Of a stretch of 64,000 bases of DNA, positions 61,500-64,000 are shown piece after piece. This DNA is from Camelus dromedarius. Taxonomy: Eukaryota. The stretch's first letter is position 1. Every line of letters starts with the position of its first letter. The DNA is taken from NCBI RefSeq assembly GCF_036321535.1, contig NC_087447.1:52640001-52704000 (forward strand), written 5' to 3'. The notes under the pieces were generated by a model that ran no database searches, was not told the DNA's origin, and saw only the letters and a list, made by a program, of their open reading frames with translations. Both the position numbers and the translations under genes were made by a program.

Positions 61500-61830
61500 C
61501 CACTCACAGTTTCCCGAGTGTGTTGTATTCTCTCCAGCCCAATGCTGGTGTCCGTGCTGTTCCCTCCTTCATCCGGCTGTCTCTGACTTGACCTTCAAGG
61601 GCAGCTCGAGTCTGCCCTTGGGCACCTGCCCTGATTCCTTCCTCTGTGCCTCCACCAATGACAGTACATGCACACAGGACTGTCGCCGTCAGTGTATGTG
61701 TCTGCCCCTCATACCAGCTGGGAGCTCTGCAGGGCAGGGCCCTGCTTTCTCCGGCTCTGTGCATACAGAGCCCAGCTCAGGGCTGGGCACACAGCAGATG
61801 CTCTCCAGACCTCTGCAGAGTGAAGCACTG
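61500..61830 (+). mobile_element. L2 3' fragment
   Basis: gggagctctgcagggcagggccctg...cagagcccagctcagggctgggcacacagcagatgctc. Confidence 0.65.
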
Positions 61831-64000
61831 AACAATGTGAGTCCCTCTTGCAGAGGCAGAAGGAGGCTGCAAATAAAGACTGTTACAGGCGAGCTCACCA
61901 AACACCACCCTGATACCAAGTGAACATGGCAAATGATCCCAAGCCTAAGATAATACAGACACTTGAGTCTACAACATCAAAGTCAAATATACCAGCCAAA
62001 ATGCAGGCAAGGAGAAGCACGCAGCTACTTTGATAATCCCTCTTGTGAACAAAAGGGACACAAAGTAGTTATTGAAGTTCCAATACGTGTCAGGCTCCAC
62101 GATGGATACTTTCCCACACGGCCTCACTTAATTCCCAGGGGCTTTAGAAGTCGGTGATACACCTAGGCTGTAGGTGTGGGGTGAGGAAAACGAGGTCCAC
62201 CCATGACAGGGAGGAGAGAAGGCAGGACTGAAGGAAATCCACACCCCTCCAGAGTCCAGCCCCTTCTGTCAAAGTCGTCACTGTCATTAACAATGGACCC
62301 CTCATCCTGCCCGCCTGAACCATGGCTCATCCCAGGCAGGGGCGGGAGCTCTGAATAAGTCATCTCCTCACTCTCCCCTCCAGCACTGATATTCCAGACT
62401 GCCACTGCCACAGGTCTGGGGACTCGGGGGGAGGGGTCGCTGTGGGGTCCTCCAGAGCTCTCAGAAGTGGGAGGGAATAAAGCGCGTAAGGCAGGAGAAG
62501 CCGTCTCCCTCCCACTCCCAGGCACAACTATCGCCACGGAGTCAGGAGGACGGAGAGGGCTCTGTTCTGCTGTCTTTAGATTTTATTTTTAAAGCATTAT
62601 TTACGTTTGTGTGTTACACCCAGAAAACTTTGGTTTAGAGAGTGCCGGTTTGGAGACAGAAGCCCTCAGGGTCACACATCCCTTCATCAGCCTAGTAGTA
62701 ATAACTCAAGTAGCAGTAAGACTGGGTGTGAAAAAGCAGCTTGTGAATGTCATGGAAACCACTCTGATTGCTCGGTGCATATACACTGTGCATCTCCAGC
62801 TTCTAAGTGGAAAGGATTCTGCATCCAACAGTGACCAGTACATTGAATTCCCTTGTATCACGGATGTTTGAGACAGAGGCTTGGAGTAAGAGACTGAAGT
62901 CTCAGACTCACCTAAACCCTCTGAGTCGGTCTCTTATCCCTGGACCTCAGGGATTTAGCGATGACGATTAAGTGCAGGATGGAAGGCAAGCAGCCGGCAC
63001 AGTTCCGACACGATGCAGGCTGGTCTCCCGCTCCCCACTGCCTTCACTGCAGAGCTGTTGGGGCTGAGCACTGGGGGTAGCCGAGGCGCGGAGGACAACA
63101 AATACAGTGGATGTGCTGTTTATTTCCACAGGCTTCACTTCCATCAGACTCTCTTACTCTTACTTTGTCAGTCGGGCTAATATTTTACAAGCCCACAATA
63201 TATATTGTTTGTATGAGCCCCCAAAATCCTCAGACTGAAATCAAATTCACCTGACACTCTCTGGCTTGAAGACTAAAGCCTGACACTTTCCCTTACCCTC
63301 CCAGGGTCTCCGTTATCAAACCAGCCAACGTCCCCTCCCAGCATGCACTTGGGGGCCTCCACCCAGGTCTGCTCTCCCCTCTCTGTAGGTGTTCTGCTCC
63401 TTCCTATCACTGCACCTTTGCTTATGCTGTTCCTCTTCTGGAACAATCCAAATCCTTCCAGTGTCTGCCCTCCCCACCGCCTGCGAGAAGCAGTCCCCTG
63501 CACTTTAATCTCCTGTAACTTCTCCCTCCTCAGAATCCCATGATGCTCAGAGAAGCAGCTGTCATTTTTTTTTTTTCTTTTCCTCTTCTTCCCGGGGACT
63601 GTTCCTCTTGCTGCAGGGCCCTGGGTGAGTCTCAGAACCTTTCAGGGTCTCTACATTCTCTCCCAAGAAGGAAAGCTCTTCTAAGGCAGGGCCAGTGTGG
63701 CCCAGTGCCTAGCAGAGAACCAGGCAGGCGGCACGGGCTCAATTAGCAAGTGCTCCCCCCTCCCTGGTTGGAAGGCCGCCACCAGGCATGGTGAGGCACA
63801 AGATGGAATCAGCACCTGGCAGAGTGGAGACAGTCCCTGCCAAGCCTGCCACAAGCACATTCGGAAGTGGGCTGTGCTCCTTCTCTTAATGAGATGCACC
63901 AACCCCCACCCCACAGAGTGGGAGCAAGCAAATCCATTCTCTGCCAGGGCAAGCAGACTCATTCTTAGCAGCATGGCTAGACTTAGAGGCTGCATGCTTT

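Overview
This window is mammalian (eutherian) non-coding DNA, not microbial. I find no supportable protein-coding gene, RNA gene or CRISPR array. The ORF track consists of chance ORFs plus decayed LINE-1 ORF2 remnants. A large share of the window is interspersed repeat: MIR, L2, L3/CR1, old L1M, ERVL/MaLR LTRs (MLT1, LTR33, LTR16) and hAT-Charlie or Tc1-mariner MITEs (MER3, MER5A, MER33, MER58A, MER82, MER104, MER119, Tigger1-derived, MER2/MER8-like). Five short, younger L1 3' ends have cetartiodactyl-type tails, three of them with the GAAA(T/C)TGACAC..ATTGTAA..TGACT variant. I saw no Alu, B1, Bov-A/BovB, PRE-1 or CHR SINEs, which together suggests a camelid genome (inference). Between the repeats lie repeat-free islands dense in developmental TF motifs (PBX-HOX, HOX13/CDX, FOX, SOX, TCF/LEF, MEIS) and one near-consensus CTCF site. 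This fits an intron or gene desert of a developmental locus that I cannot name. Two to three plus-strand exon-like segments could belong to a lncRNA. I see no evidence for a genuinely novel biological system. Repeat names were assigned by eye from remembered consensus sequences, and boundaries without a TSD or TIR are approximate.
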